A DNA stretch of 32,000 bases from Cenarchaeum sp. (GCA_963692915.1 OY843584.1:661186-693185); one strand, 5' to 3'. Shown: positions 14,990 through 23,650, counted from the first letter of the stretch. The notes: a model not told the origin generated them from the letters alone. Translations and numbers: made by a program.

Positions 14990-16079
14990 CCTTGTACGAA
15001 AAGTAGTAGACTGGGCAGGAATGCTTGCCGGGCGCAGATCCGGGAGCCCCGGGGGCGCCCCGGGATCCGGCAGGCTGCCGAAACATACGTTTGGGGGGCT
15101 CCGCCGCCGGCGCGCCATGCCGGTCAGGAGGCTTGACGACAGGGCGCTCCGGTACGTGGCCAGGACGCTGGCGACGCGGAGCGCCGAGGAGGTGGCGCGC
15201 GAGCTGGGGATCTCCAGGGCGTGGTCGTACAGGCTTCGCGCGCACTGCCGGCGCACCGGCGCGCCGCCGGAGCCGCGGCCGATGGGAAGGCCGCGCAGGG
15301 ACGTCACCGACGGCGAGGTGGCCGAGGTCCTCGGCGAGCACGCCGACCGGCCGGCCGGCGTCGTGCGCGTGGCCGAGGGGCTGCGCGGCAACAACTCAAA
15401 AATAACGTACTGGTCGGTGTACCGCATCATGCTGGCGGAGGGGCTCGTCACGAGGTCGCGGGCGAAGTCGCGCAGGCGAAAGTGGGTCAGGTTCGAGCGC
15501 GCGCACTCCGGCGCGCTGTGGCACGTGGACTGGCACATAATGAAATACGGGCCACTTGCGGGCTCGCACCTCATAGTGTTCCTCGACGACGCGTCGCGGT
15601 GCGTCACGGGCTTTGGCGTGTTCGCCGAGGCCACGTCGGAAAACTCCGTGCTTGCGCTGCGAAAGGCGATCAGGATGTTTGGCGCGCCGGCGCAGATCCT
15701 CTCGGACCACGGCACGCAGTTCACGGCAAGCCGGCGCGGCACGCCGAGCCGCAGCTGGACGCCGACGCTCTTCGAGCGGGAGCTGCTGGACCGCGACATA
15801 GCGCACCTCATGGCGCGCGTCCGCCACCCCCAGACCAACGGCAAGGTCGAGAGGTTCTTCCAGACGCTCGAGACGGAGATCGGCCACTTTGGCGGGGTCC
15901 CCGAGTTCATCGCGTACTACAACGAGAGGCGCCTCCACTTCGCCCTGGACATCAAGGGCGGCGAGACGCCCCTGCTGGCCTACAGGAGGCGCAGGGCCGA
16001 CGGGCGGGTCCGGGCGGAGAACCCGAGGTGGATGGAGGTGGACTCGAATGAGTGAGTCTACTACTTTTCGTATAAAACA
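14990..16079 (+). mobile_element. Insertion sequence (~1.09 kb) with a single DDE (rve) transposase; IS481/IS3-like
   Basis: Perfect 18-bp inverted-repeat core: tacgaaaagtagtagact (14995-15012) / agtctactacttttcgta (16055-16072). It is flanked by a perfect 17-bp direct repeat. An intact transposase ORF fills the interior, and its stop codon (16053-16055) abuts the right IR. Confidence 0.9.
15117..16055 (+). CDS. DDE transposase, integrase-core (rve) type, with an N-terminal HTH-like region
   Basis: Catalytic-core pattern: WHVDWH ... IVFLDDASR ... ILSDHGTQFTA ... HPQTNGKVERFFQTLE. In-frame ATGs at 15021 and 15117. The ORF-track start 14922 lies outside the left IR and overlaps rps30e, so it is rejected. 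Confidence 0.85.
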   Translation: MPVRRLDDRALRYVARTLATRSAEEVARELGISRAWSYRLRAHCRRTGAPPEPRPMGRPRRDVTDGEVAEVLGEHADRPAGVVRVAEGLRGNNSKITYWSVYRIMLAEGLVTRSRAKSRRRKWVRFERAHSGALWHVDWHIMKYGPLAGSHLIVFLDDASRCVTGFGVFAEATSENSVLALRKAIRMFGAPAQILSDHGTQFTASRRGTPSRSWTPTLFERELLDRDIAHLMARVRHPQTNGKVERFFQTLETEIGHFGGVPEFIAYYNERRLHFALDIKGGETPLLAYRRRRADGRVRAENPRWMEVDSNE

Positions 16080-16096
16080 GGCCCTTTCCACGTATG
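16080..16096. repeat. 17-bp direct repeat flanking the IS (right copy)
   Basis: ggccctttccacgtatg is identical to 14973-14989. Confidence 0.9.
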
Positions 16097-16153
16097 AGGT
16101 CAGCACCCCCGCCCCATTTGGTCAAATAGGCGCGATCCTGATCCATTTACCGC
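16097..16153. repeat. Repeat R, copy D, right half
   Basis: aggtcagcacccccgccccatttggtcaaataggcgcgatcctgatccatttaccgcg aligns with copy A 231-286 (ggaatcgggcattcctgcccattttggccaaacgggcgcgatcccgccgatccgtttaccgca). Confidence 0.65.
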
Positions 16154-16171
16154 GGTGGCGCCCGCCAGGGC

Positions 16172-16438
16172 ATGGCTGGCCGACGGCGCGGGAACCTGGA
16201 ACACGTGGTGGCGGAGCTCAGCGGCAGGCTCATGGCCGTGGAGGAGCGGGCCGGGGAGCGCGACCTGCGGATCAGGGAGATGCAGAAGAGGATTACCGGG
16301 CTGGAGGATGCCGTCGAGGCGCTGGACTGGAGGATCGCCGAGCTGGAGGCGGAGAACGACACCGTGAGGCGCACGCTGTCGTACTACCAGAACTCCAACA
16401 CGCCGCCGTCGCCGGCGTCGCTGGAGCACCTCCAGTAA
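16172..16438 (+). pseudogene. Truncated transposase-like N-terminal fragment (coiled coil followed by an NSNTPPSP motif; reminiscent of IS66-family leucine-zipper N-termini)
   Basis: The 88-aa ORF is heptad-like: LMAVEERAGERDLRIREMQKRITGLEDAVEALDWRIAELEAENDTVRRTLSYYQNSNTPPSPAS. No catalytic domain follows. It starts about 20 nt after R copy D. The family assignment is from memory of similar N-termini and is tentative. Confidence 0.35.
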
Positions 16439-16716
16439 GTACAGCAGATGCGCCAAGCCCGCCATTAATCTTTTCGTCTAGCGTTACCAGGACAGAGCTA
16501 GTCGTCGCACCGTTGCTTATCACAGCAGACAGCATCACCGGACCTGCCGTGTCCTCAGGGTGTGTTGCCCTGACCGTCGCAGCAGAGGCGGAGCGTGGCG
16601 TTCCGGTCGTGTCAGTGACAGTGTCGGGGATTGTGAGTGTCCACGTTCCTGCGCGTGCGCTAGGGCCAGGGGGAAATGTCATCACTGAGCCGGCCACCGT
16701 GGGCACGGCAGTCACG

Positions 16717-17136
16717 CTAGCAGGGTCTCTCATCGACGATGCGGATCGGCGCGCCAGAGCTGCCCCAGGCGCATATGTCGCCCTCCTCGTACGGGTATGC
16801 GACGATGACTGAGACGAGGCCAAAAAAGTTGTGCAGGTCAGGAACCGAAGGGCGCGCCGTCCCGCTAGGGTGCGAGTGGAACATGCCAACATAGCTCTTG
16901 TCAAACGGGAGAAACGAGTGCGGAAACCCCGCAAACGTCGGGCCGCTGTGCGAGAACGGCGGCACGACGAGGCCATCGACTGCAATGCCGGCCCCCTTTG
17001 ACTTTCCGCGAAGTATGAGGATCGCCTCGTTTGGGTGCCGCATCTTGCTGTACGAGAGTATGCCGTCGCGCACGTCCCCTGATATCCAGAGCGTGCGCTC
17101 AGGCGGGGGCGACTTTGGCTTTCTAGAAAAGAACAT
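16717..17136 (-). CDS. JAMM/MPN+ metalloprotease-family protein
   Basis: The JAMM motif is MFHSHPSGTARPSVPDL (HxHx7Sx2D), with the upstream conserved Glu in HPNEAILILRG. 139 aa. Confidence 0.8.
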   Translation of the reverse strand: MFFSRKPKSPPPERTLWISGDVRDGILSYSKMRHPNEAILILRGKSKGAGIAVDGLVVPPFSHSGPTFAGFPHSFLPFDKSYVGMFHSHPSGTARPSVPDLHNFFGLVSVIVAYPYEEGDICAWGSSGAPIRIVDERPC

Positions 17137-17266
17137 CGCCGGATCAGCGCCCTGACGCGTGCGGCACGGGCATGGCTAGCGCCACATGTCGACTTGCCAT
17201 CACGAGGCGTGTGCGCGCTGACCCGTATAAGCCTGCCGAGCGGACGCGCGCTGCCCCATCAGTTGG

Positions 17267-17274
17267 TTTTTAAG
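17267..17274 (+). promoter_or_regulatory. TATA-like box (tttttaag) upstream of the MBL-fold gene
   Basis: It ends 23 nt upstream of ATG 17297. Confidence 0.4.
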
Positions 17275-17296
17275 CGCCACCACGATCCTCGCACGC

Positions 17297-18691
17297 ATGA
17301 AACTCGCGTTGGCCATGGCCATCTGCCTCGCCGCAGTCGCCCTTCCGGCAGCATATGGGGAGAAGGGCATGGAAAAGTACGTGGGGGAGTCCTTCTCGTT
17401 CATGTATCCTGAAAAATGGACCATATACGATGAGGGTGTGGCACAGTGGGACAGCTGGACGGTCCCTGTGTGGGCATTTGGATCCGACGCGTACGAGGTT
17501 GACTCGAGGCTCTATGTCGCCGAGATACCCCCTGTCATACTCGATGACGAGAGATGGAGCGACTCGAAATACATTGCGCGCATTTCAACATCAGAGGCCG
17601 AGTTTTGCGCCAGCGGCGCGATTGCGTGGGGGCGCTATGCGTGCGTTGACTTTGAGGTGGTTCACGCGTCACACTATTCCACGAACCACCCATACTATCT
17701 TGTAGTGTTCGAGTGGGTTCGCGAGTATGCCGACGGGACAAGGGTCGAGGCCACGGCGGCGCGAATCGACGTGCCCGGCGAGTCTGGAACGATGGTGATG
17801 TTTGCCGAGGCACCTTCCGAAAAGTGGGATAAACTTGGGCTCCTCGACTCGATCAGGTCGTTTGCGCCATCTGGAGGGGTCGGTGGTCCATCTGAGCCCA
17901 TGATGACCATGCTAGCCGAGAACGTCTACCATTATTATGACTCGTACGGAACCCTAGTCGTCATCGGTGAAGACGATGTCCTCATCACAGATACGGCAAA
18001 CGTGGATAGGGCAGAGAGCCTAAAGAAGGCCATCACCAAGATCACCGACACCCCGGTGACGATGATCGCGCTCTCACATGAGCACTATGACCACGTTGGC
18101 GGGACGGGTGTCTTTGAGGACGCCAATGTCATATGCCACATAAACTGCGCGCCAGTCTTTGAGCTCTCGACGTTCATGGACGTGCCAGACAAGGTTGACA
18201 TTGAGTTTGACGAGTATCACGAGATCGACGTTGGCGGCATAACAGTGGAGCTCCACCACATTGCTCCAGCTGACGGCGATGCGACAACGGTTGTCTACCT
18301 GCCAGATCACGGCATTGTCGTAACAGCAGACCTCTACACTCCCGGGGCCCTCACGGACGGAAGGTGGATAACTGACACAAACCTCCTCGGCACGCGAAAG
18401 GTTCTCAACGAGATGGCCTCGTGGGATATTACACACGAGATAAACAGCCACTATCCGGGCACAGACCCCACAAACCTGCGCAAGGCCGCGACGTTCTTTG
18501 ACGATCTGCACGATGCCGTCACTGACGAGCTTGCAGCCGGACTCGAACGAGGCGGCATTTTCGGCGTGTACACGGCAATGGCCACTATGCCTGACACGCT
18601 AGAGCTCCCCGAGTATGCCTCATGGGGCAACTATGAGGACCTTCCGCGCTATATCCAGAGAATGGCCGAAGCGATAACGCACGGTGACTAG
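17297..18691 (+). CDS. Secreted metallo-beta-lactamase-fold hydrolase with an N-terminal extra domain
   Basis: Signal peptide MKLALAMAICLAAVALPAAYG. MBL HxHxDH motif in IALSHEHYDHVGG. Later metal ligands are plausible (VELHHIAPADGD.., INSHYPG). Confidence 0.8.
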   Translation: MKLALAMAICLAAVALPAAYGEKGMEKYVGESFSFMYPEKWTIYDEGVAQWDSWTVPVWAFGSDAYEVDSRLYVAEIPPVILDDERWSDSKYIARISTSEAEFCASGAIAWGRYACVDFEVVHASHYSTNHPYYLVVFEWVREYADGTRVEATAARIDVPGESGTMVMFAEAPSEKWDKLGLLDSIRSFAPSGGVGGPSEPMMTMLAENVYHYYDSYGTLVVIGEDDVLITDTANVDRAESLKKAITKITDTPVTMIALSHEHYDHVGGTGVFEDANVICHINCAPVFELSTFMDVPDKVDIEFDEYHEIDVGGITVELHHIAPADGDATTVVYLPDHGIVVTADLYTPGALTDGRWITDTNLLGTRKVLNEMASWDITHEINSHYPGTDPTNLRKAATFFDDLHDAVTDELAAGLERGGIFGVYTAMATMPDTLELPEYASWGNYEDLPRYIQRMAEAITHGD

Positions 18692-20139
18692 TATCCGCGC
18701 GCAAAGAGCGGTGCCGAACCGGCGCATGCCTCACCGCACACGACGCACTTGCCACCGCTCTCTCCACCAAACGGGATGACCCTAATCTCGGCGCCCGTTT
18801 TGTCCTTGACCTTCTCCTCGCATGTCAGAGAGCCGCACCACGCCGCCTCGATAAACCCGCCAGACTCGACCAGGCGCGCAAGCTCGTCGTACGAGGAGGC
18901 ACGATGCGTCATTGCGTCCTGCGCCTTGCGCGCGGCATCGAGCATCTCGGCGTGCATCGTGTCCATGATGCCCGTGACTGTGGCAATATCACCAAAGGCG
19001 ACGCGAGACTTTGTCCTGTTGTGCCTCGTCACGACGACGGCCTCGCCGGACTCGATGTCCTTGGGACCGACCTCTATCCTGACGGGCACGCCGCGCAGCT
19101 CCCAGTCGTTGAACTTGAAGCCCGGCGTGAGGCCCTCGCGCGAGTCGACGTGTGCCCTCACGCCGGCGCCAGACAGGGCATCGCGCAGCTCGGCGGCCTT
19201 GGCCATGACGAGCGACTCGGCGTCACTGTCATAGTATATTGGCACAATGACGGCCTGAATCGGCGCGACGCGTGGTGGCAGGACAAGGCCCTTGTCATCA
19301 CCATGGATCATTATCATCGCGCCAATAAGCCTCCACGAGACTCCCCAGGACGTCTGCCAGGCGGGCTGCTCGACATTGTTACGGTCGGCGTACTTTATCC
19401 CAAACGGGACAGAAAAGTTTTGGCCCAAAAAGTGCGACGTGCCCATCTGGAGAGCCTTGCCGTCAGGCATCATGGCCTCGACGGCGAGCGTGTGGACCGC
19501 GCCGACAAACTTTTCACGTTCGCTCTTTGTGCCGCGCACAACCGGGATGGCAAGCTCGCGTTCCATGACGCTTGCGTACGAGTCGAGAACGTGCGCAGTC
19601 TCTGCCTCGGCCTCCTCACGCGTCTCGTGGACAGTATGGCCCTCCTGCCACAGGAACTCGGACGTGCGCAGGAACGGGCGCGTCGCCTTTATCTCGGCGC
19701 GCAGTGCCGTGTTCCAAAAATTGATGCGAAGCGGCAGGTCGCGCCAGCTCTTTATCCACCGTGAGTACATCTCATATGCAAGTGCCTCAGACGTCGGGCG
19801 CAGCGCGAGCCTGTCGCCGAGTTCGGCGTTGCCAGAGTGTGTGACCCAAAAGACCTCCGGGGTAAATCCCGCAAAGTGATCGGCCTCGCGCGACAGGAGT
19901 GACTCGGGTATGAGCGTGGGCAGGAACGCGTTGCGCACGCCGTTCTTTGCAAACTCGGCATCAAATGTGGATCGGAGGGACTCCCAGATGGAGTATCCGT
20001 CAGGGCGCAGAACCATGAGGCCCTTGACGGGCGCATAGTCGGCAAGCTCGGCCTTTAGGACCACCTGCGTGTACCACTCGCTAAAATCCACTGACTTTGG
20101 CGTGGTTATGCCAACGAGCGGCGCGTTTCGCTTTGCCAA
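18688..20139 (-). CDS. proS: Prolyl-tRNA synthetase (archaeal/eukaryotic type)
   Basis: Class II core: LRPTSEALAYEMYSRWIKSWRDLPLRINFWNTALRAE..RPFLRTSEFLWQEGHTVH. C-terminal Zn-binding domain with Cys cluster (AWCGSLTCEEK..CVVCGE) and terminal ..FARGY. The start codon at 20139 is TTG. Confidence 0.92.
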   Translation of the reverse strand: MAKRNAPLVGITTPKSVDFSEWYTQVVLKAELADYAPVKGLMVLRPDGYSIWESLRSTFDAEFAKNGVRNAFLPTLIPESLLSREADHFAGFTPEVFWVTHSGNAELGDRLALRPTSEALAYEMYSRWIKSWRDLPLRINFWNTALRAEIKATRPFLRTSEFLWQEGHTVHETREEAEAETAHVLDSYASVMERELAIPVVRGTKSEREKFVGAVHTLAVEAMMPDGKALQMGTSHFLGQNFSVPFGIKYADRNNVEQPAWQTSWGVSWRLIGAMIMIHGDDKGLVLPPRVAPIQAVIVPIYYDSDAESLVMAKAAELRDALSGAGVRAHVDSREGLTPGFKFNDWELRGVPVRIEVGPKDIESGEAVVVTRHNRTKSRVAFGDIATVTGIMDTMHAEMLDAARKAQDAMTHRASSYDELARLVESGGFIEAAWCGSLTCEEKVKDKTGAEIRVIPFGGESGGKCVVCGEACAGSAPLFARGY

Positions 20140-20167
20140 TGCGGCAGACTGCGCGAGTGTGCGTTAA

Positions 20168-20629
20168 TTAGCCTTGCGAGGGCGTGCCCGTCTTTAGGGG
20201 GCGGCCCATGCACAGAACCTTGCCACGCACGCGGCTCTGAAAGTTAGAGCACACAAAGCACTTTAGGAACTGCACGTCACGGCCAAGGACAGGACAGTCC
20301 ACATACTCCCGTCTCATGCGTCGCAGCATCTTGGCGCTCACGCCCTTTATGTTGATCTTGCCGCCGGGCATCATGCCTGCCGCCATGAGCTCCTCACGCG
20401 TCTCGACGTCGATCTTTGGGGCGACCTCGTGTTCGTATATCACAACCTCGTGCTTGTGCGTCGTGGTGTTGCCCTTGCCATCAGCAGGACTAGGCGCGCC
20501 ATCCTGTGCGGTCTCTGGCGCAGCTCCCTGCGCGTCAGCTACTGATTCCACCACGGCTGAAGTGTCCTGCCCCTCCGGCGCTCCTGTCACGTCAGGCTGT
20601 GGCGACACGTCACTCCGCTCCTCGCTCAA
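20168..20629 (-). CDS. Hypothetical protein: acidic, disordered N-terminal half plus a Cys-containing C-terminal domain
   Basis: A TTG start overlaps the ppdK stop (TTGA at 20626-20629), which suggests translational coupling. The C-terminal part is REYVDCPVLGRDVQFLKCFVCSNFQSRVRGKVLCMG. No family recognised, and the start is uncertain. Confidence 0.5.
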   Translation of the reverse strand: MSEERSDVSPQPDVTGAPEGQDTSAVVESVADAQGAAPETAQDGAPSPADGKGNTTTHKHEVVIYEHEVAPKIDVETREELMAAGMMPGGKINIKGVSAKMLRRMRREYVDCPVLGRDVQFLKCFVCSNFQSRVRGKVLCMGRPLKTGTPSQG

Positions 20630-23376
20630 TCCCGCTTATCCCTCTTTTTTGGAGCCTGCGCGTTAGGGGTCGCACGTGATCGCGATGGCTTTTTGCGTGC
20701 AGAGCCAGTCGAGGCCTTGTGCGAAGACGCCTTTGCCTCTCCAAGGGCTGCTTGCGCTGCGGCCACTAGCGCTATGGGAATGCGGTGCGGCGAGGCGCTC
20801 ACATAGTCGACTCCGGCAGCATGGCAGAACGCTATTGAGGCCGGATCGCCCCCGTGCTCACCGCAGATTCCGACCTCCATGCCGGCTCGTGCGGCGCGTC
20901 CTGAGGACATGCTGATCCGCATGAGCTCGCCGACGCCGGCCTCGTCTATTGACTGGAATGGGCTAGTCGTGATGATCTCCTTTTCCATGTACTCTGGCAG
21001 AAACTTGCTCTCAGCGTCCTCGCGGCTAAAGCTGAAAGTCGCCTGCGTGAGGTCATTGGTGCCAAAGCTGAAAAACTCGGCCGTCTTTGCAAGCTCGCCA
21101 GAAGTCAGGGCTGCTCGAACCACCTCGATCATGGTGCCAAAGCTGATGCGCGGACTAACTTTGTGCTTTTTGGCAATGTCATCAGAGATGCGGTCATAGA
21201 TGTCACGCACGAGGAGCAGCTCGGCGGCAGTGCCGACCTGTGGAACCATTATCTGCGCTATTGCGCGAATCTTTTTGCGCGAGAGCGATATGGCCGCCTC
21301 AAACACGGCACGTATCTGCATCTCGTATATCTCAGGGAACGTCACGCCGACACGGACTCCCCTGTGACCCATCATCGGATTGACTTCAGAGAGGTCAACG
21401 GCGCGCTGCTGAAGGGCCTTTTCGACCTCCATCTTTCTCTTGGCCTTTATCTTGCGCAGGTGGGACATGCGCGCACCAAACTCGGCAGGGTTTGGCAAGA
21501 ATTCATGGAGCGGCGGGTCGAGGAGGCGTATTGTCACGGGACGGCCGTCCATTGCACGGAGTATCTTTGCAAAGTCGTTGCGCTGCAGAACCTCGAGCTT
21601 TGCGAGGATTGCGCGGCGCTTCTCCTCGTTGTCGGCCATTATCATGTCGACAAAGAGGCCGATCCTGTCCTTTTCGTTAAACATGCGTTCGGTCCGGCAC
21701 AGGCCTATTCCTTCGGCGCCGTTCTCGCGCGCTGCGCGCGCAGCCTCTGGCGTGTCGGCGTTGGCCCGCACGCCAAGCTTCTTGGAGGCGCGAGCCCAGC
21801 CGAGGATAGTCTTAAAGTCGCGCGTCACGCGCGGTGCGTTGGTCTCGACTTCCCCCGCATAGACGGTTCCGCTGTTGCCGTCGATCGTTATCGTGTCGCC
21901 CTCCCTTATCCTCGACTCGCCTGAGACGCATATGCGCGAGTTGGTGTCGATCCTCATGGCCGAGGCTCCAACTATGCAAGGCTTGCCCATACCGCGCGCG
22001 ACGACTGCCGCATGTGACGTCTTGCCGCCCTTGCTAGTGAGTATGCCGACTGACGAAAAGAACGCTGGCACGTCCTCTGGCCGCGTCTCCTCGCGGACAA
22101 GAATGACGGGCTTGCCAGACTCGGCAGCCGCCGTAGCGCGCCCCACGTCGAGGATTGCGATTCCCGTGGCAGCGCCCGGCGAGGCCGCAATGCCGGAGGT
22201 TATCTGTTGTGCGGCGCGCGCAGCAGACATGCTGATCGTCGGGTGGAGGAGCTGCTCAAGCTGCTGTGCGCCAAGGCGCATTATTGCGCGCTCGCGCCCG
22301 ATGAGGCCTTCAGAGACCATGTCAACTGACGTCTTTACCATGGCAGCGGCGTTCATCTTTGCGTTACGCGTCTGCAGGAGGTAAAAGCTGCCTGTCTCTA
22401 CGGTGAACTCTATGTCCTGTGGCTCTTTAAAGTGCGTCTCGAGGAGCTTGCATGTCTCCTCGAGGCGCGCGTACATCTTTGGCATGTCCTTGCGCATCTC
22501 TGAGACTGGTTTTGGCGTCCTGCTGCCAGCAACGACATCCTCGCCCTGCGCATTGACGAGGTACTCGCCAAATATCCTCTTTTCTCCCGTGCCGGGATTT
22601 CGCGTAAAGACCACACCAGTCGCGCTGTTTGTGCCCCTGTTGCCAAAGACCATTGTCACTATGTTTATCCCCGTCCCGTCGGCTATGTCCTTGGTGATGC
22701 CATTCTTTTCACGATAGACGACGGCACGTTCGCCCATCCAGCTGCGAAAGACGGCCTTGATCGCAAGCTCGAGCTGCTCAGTCGCGTCTGAGGGGAACGC
22801 CCTGCCGGCATGCTTTGAGAATATCTCCTTGTAGCGCGTGACGAGGCGACGCAGCGATATGTCGTCGAGTTGAGAGTCGAGCTCCACCTTTGCTGCCCTC
22901 TTTGACTCGGCTAGTGCGGCCTCAAAGAGCGAGTCATCGATCCCAAAGACAACCTTGCCAAAGAGCTGCACGAGTCGCCTATACGAGTCCCACGCAAAAC
23001 GCCGGCTCCCCGAAGATATAGCAAGGCCCTCGACGCTAGAGTCGTTGAGGCCAACGTTGAGGATCGTGTCCATCATGCCGGGCATGGAGATTGCCGCCCC
23101 CGAGCGAACCGAGACGAGGATGGGGTTGTTGCGCGAGCCCCATGTCTTGCCGGTTCGCTCCTCGAGCTTTGCCATACTCTTGCGAACCTGGGCCATGAGC
23201 GTAGGCGGGAGCTTGCCGCCGGCAGCATAGTAGGACTTGCACGCATCTGTCGTTATGACAAAGCCGGGCGGAACTGGCAGGCCCATGCGCGTCATCTCGC
23301 AGAGTCCGGCACCCTTGCCGCCTAGGAGCCTCCTGTTTGAGGGGTCACCCTCGTCAAAAAAGTATATTGGCTTCAT
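20626..23376 (-). CDS. ppdK: Pyruvate, phosphate dikinase
   Basis: N-terminus FDEGDPSNRRLLGGKGAGLCEMTRMGLPVPPGFVITT. Phospho-His site GGKTSHAAVVARGMGKPC. C-terminal PEP-utilising signature GICGEHGGDP. It carries an extra ~35-aa basic tail. Confidence 0.95.
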   Translation of the reverse strand: MKPIYFFDEGDPSNRRLLGGKGAGLCEMTRMGLPVPPGFVITTDACKSYYAAGGKLPPTLMAQVRKSMAKLEERTGKTWGSRNNPILVSVRSGAAISMPGMMDTILNVGLNDSSVEGLAISSGSRRFAWDSYRRLVQLFGKVVFGIDDSLFEAALAESKRAAKVELDSQLDDISLRRLVTRYKEIFSKHAGRAFPSDATEQLELAIKAVFRSWMGERAVVYREKNGITKDIADGTGINIVTMVFGNRGTNSATGVVFTRNPGTGEKRIFGEYLVNAQGEDVVAGSRTPKPVSEMRKDMPKMYARLEETCKLLETHFKEPQDIEFTVETGSFYLLQTRNAKMNAAAMVKTSVDMVSEGLIGRERAIMRLGAQQLEQLLHPTISMSAARAAQQITSGIAASPGAATGIAILDVGRATAAAESGKPVILVREETRPEDVPAFFSSVGILTSKGGKTSHAAVVARGMGKPCIVGASAMRIDTNSRICVSGESRIREGDTITIDGNSGTVYAGEVETNAPRVTRDFKTILGWARASKKLGVRANADTPEAARAARENGAEGIGLCRTERMFNEKDRIGLFVDMIMADNEEKRRAILAKLEVLQRNDFAKILRAMDGRPVTIRLLDPPLHEFLPNPAEFGARMSHLRKIKAKRKMEVEKALQQRAVDLSEVNPMMGHRGVRVGVTFPEIYEMQIRAVFEAAISLSRKKIRAIAQIMVPQVGTAAELLLVRDIYDRISDDIAKKHKVSPRISFGTMIEVVRAALTSGELAKTAEFFSFGTNDLTQATFSFSREDAESKFLPEYMEKEIITTSPFQSIDEAGVGELMRISMSSGRAARAGMEVGICGEHGGDPASIAFCHAAGVDYVSASPHRIPIALVAAAQAALGEAKASSHKASTGSARKKPSRSRATPNAQAPKKRDKRD

Positions 23377-23405
23377 TCTCGTGCGCGCGCGTGATTTAGC
23401 GGTGC

Positions 23406-23411
23406 TTTAAA
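23406..23411 (-). promoter_or_regulatory. TATA-like box (cctttaaag) upstream of ppdK
   Basis: TTTAAA lies 30 nt upstream of ATG 23376. Confidence 0.45.
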
Positions 23412-23650
23412 GGATTGCCCACTTTCATGGTTTTCCAATGTGCCGTGGCGGGATTGGCCACCGGTGGACGCGCCGGCCATGGGCTCGCGGGATGGCCACG
23501 CCGGAGAGGTGGCGCGTGGGGCCGACGGGCATGGGGGCCGCCATGGGCCTGTCGTCTCAGCGGTGCCGGCCAGGCTCGTCCCATGAACGGCGCCCCGTCA
23601 TGCGGCACTAGCCTGCTCCAAGGGCGGTAGGCGCGCATACGCAGAATCAG

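Noticed and set aside
14922-15116. ORF-track start (14922) of the transposase ORF.
   Set aside because: It lies outside the left inverted repeat and overlaps the rps30e start codon on the other strand. In-frame ATGs inside the element (15021 and 15117) give a normal transposase length.
16457-16682. Ubiquitin-like / SAMP-like candidate downstream of the JAMM protease. A minus-strand ORF from ATG 16682 reaches ..LVTLDEKINGG at residue 75, i.e. a di-glycine at ubiquitin-like length.
   Set aside because: No stop codon follows the GG. The first 50 residues are Thr/Pro/Ala low-complexity rather than beta-grasp-like. An equally long ORF exists on the opposite strand. No E1/E2-like genes are nearby. 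I treat it as unsupported.
23412-23650. Very GC-rich ~240-bp core of the ppdK / 23683 intergenic region as a possible structured RNA (SRP RNA or RNase P RNA).
   Set aside because: I looked for hallmark motifs on both strands and found none. These were the SRP helix-8 type GGAAGG/GNAR loop context and the RNase P GAGGAAAGTCC and related conserved regions. I cannot fold the region here, so no RNA call is made.
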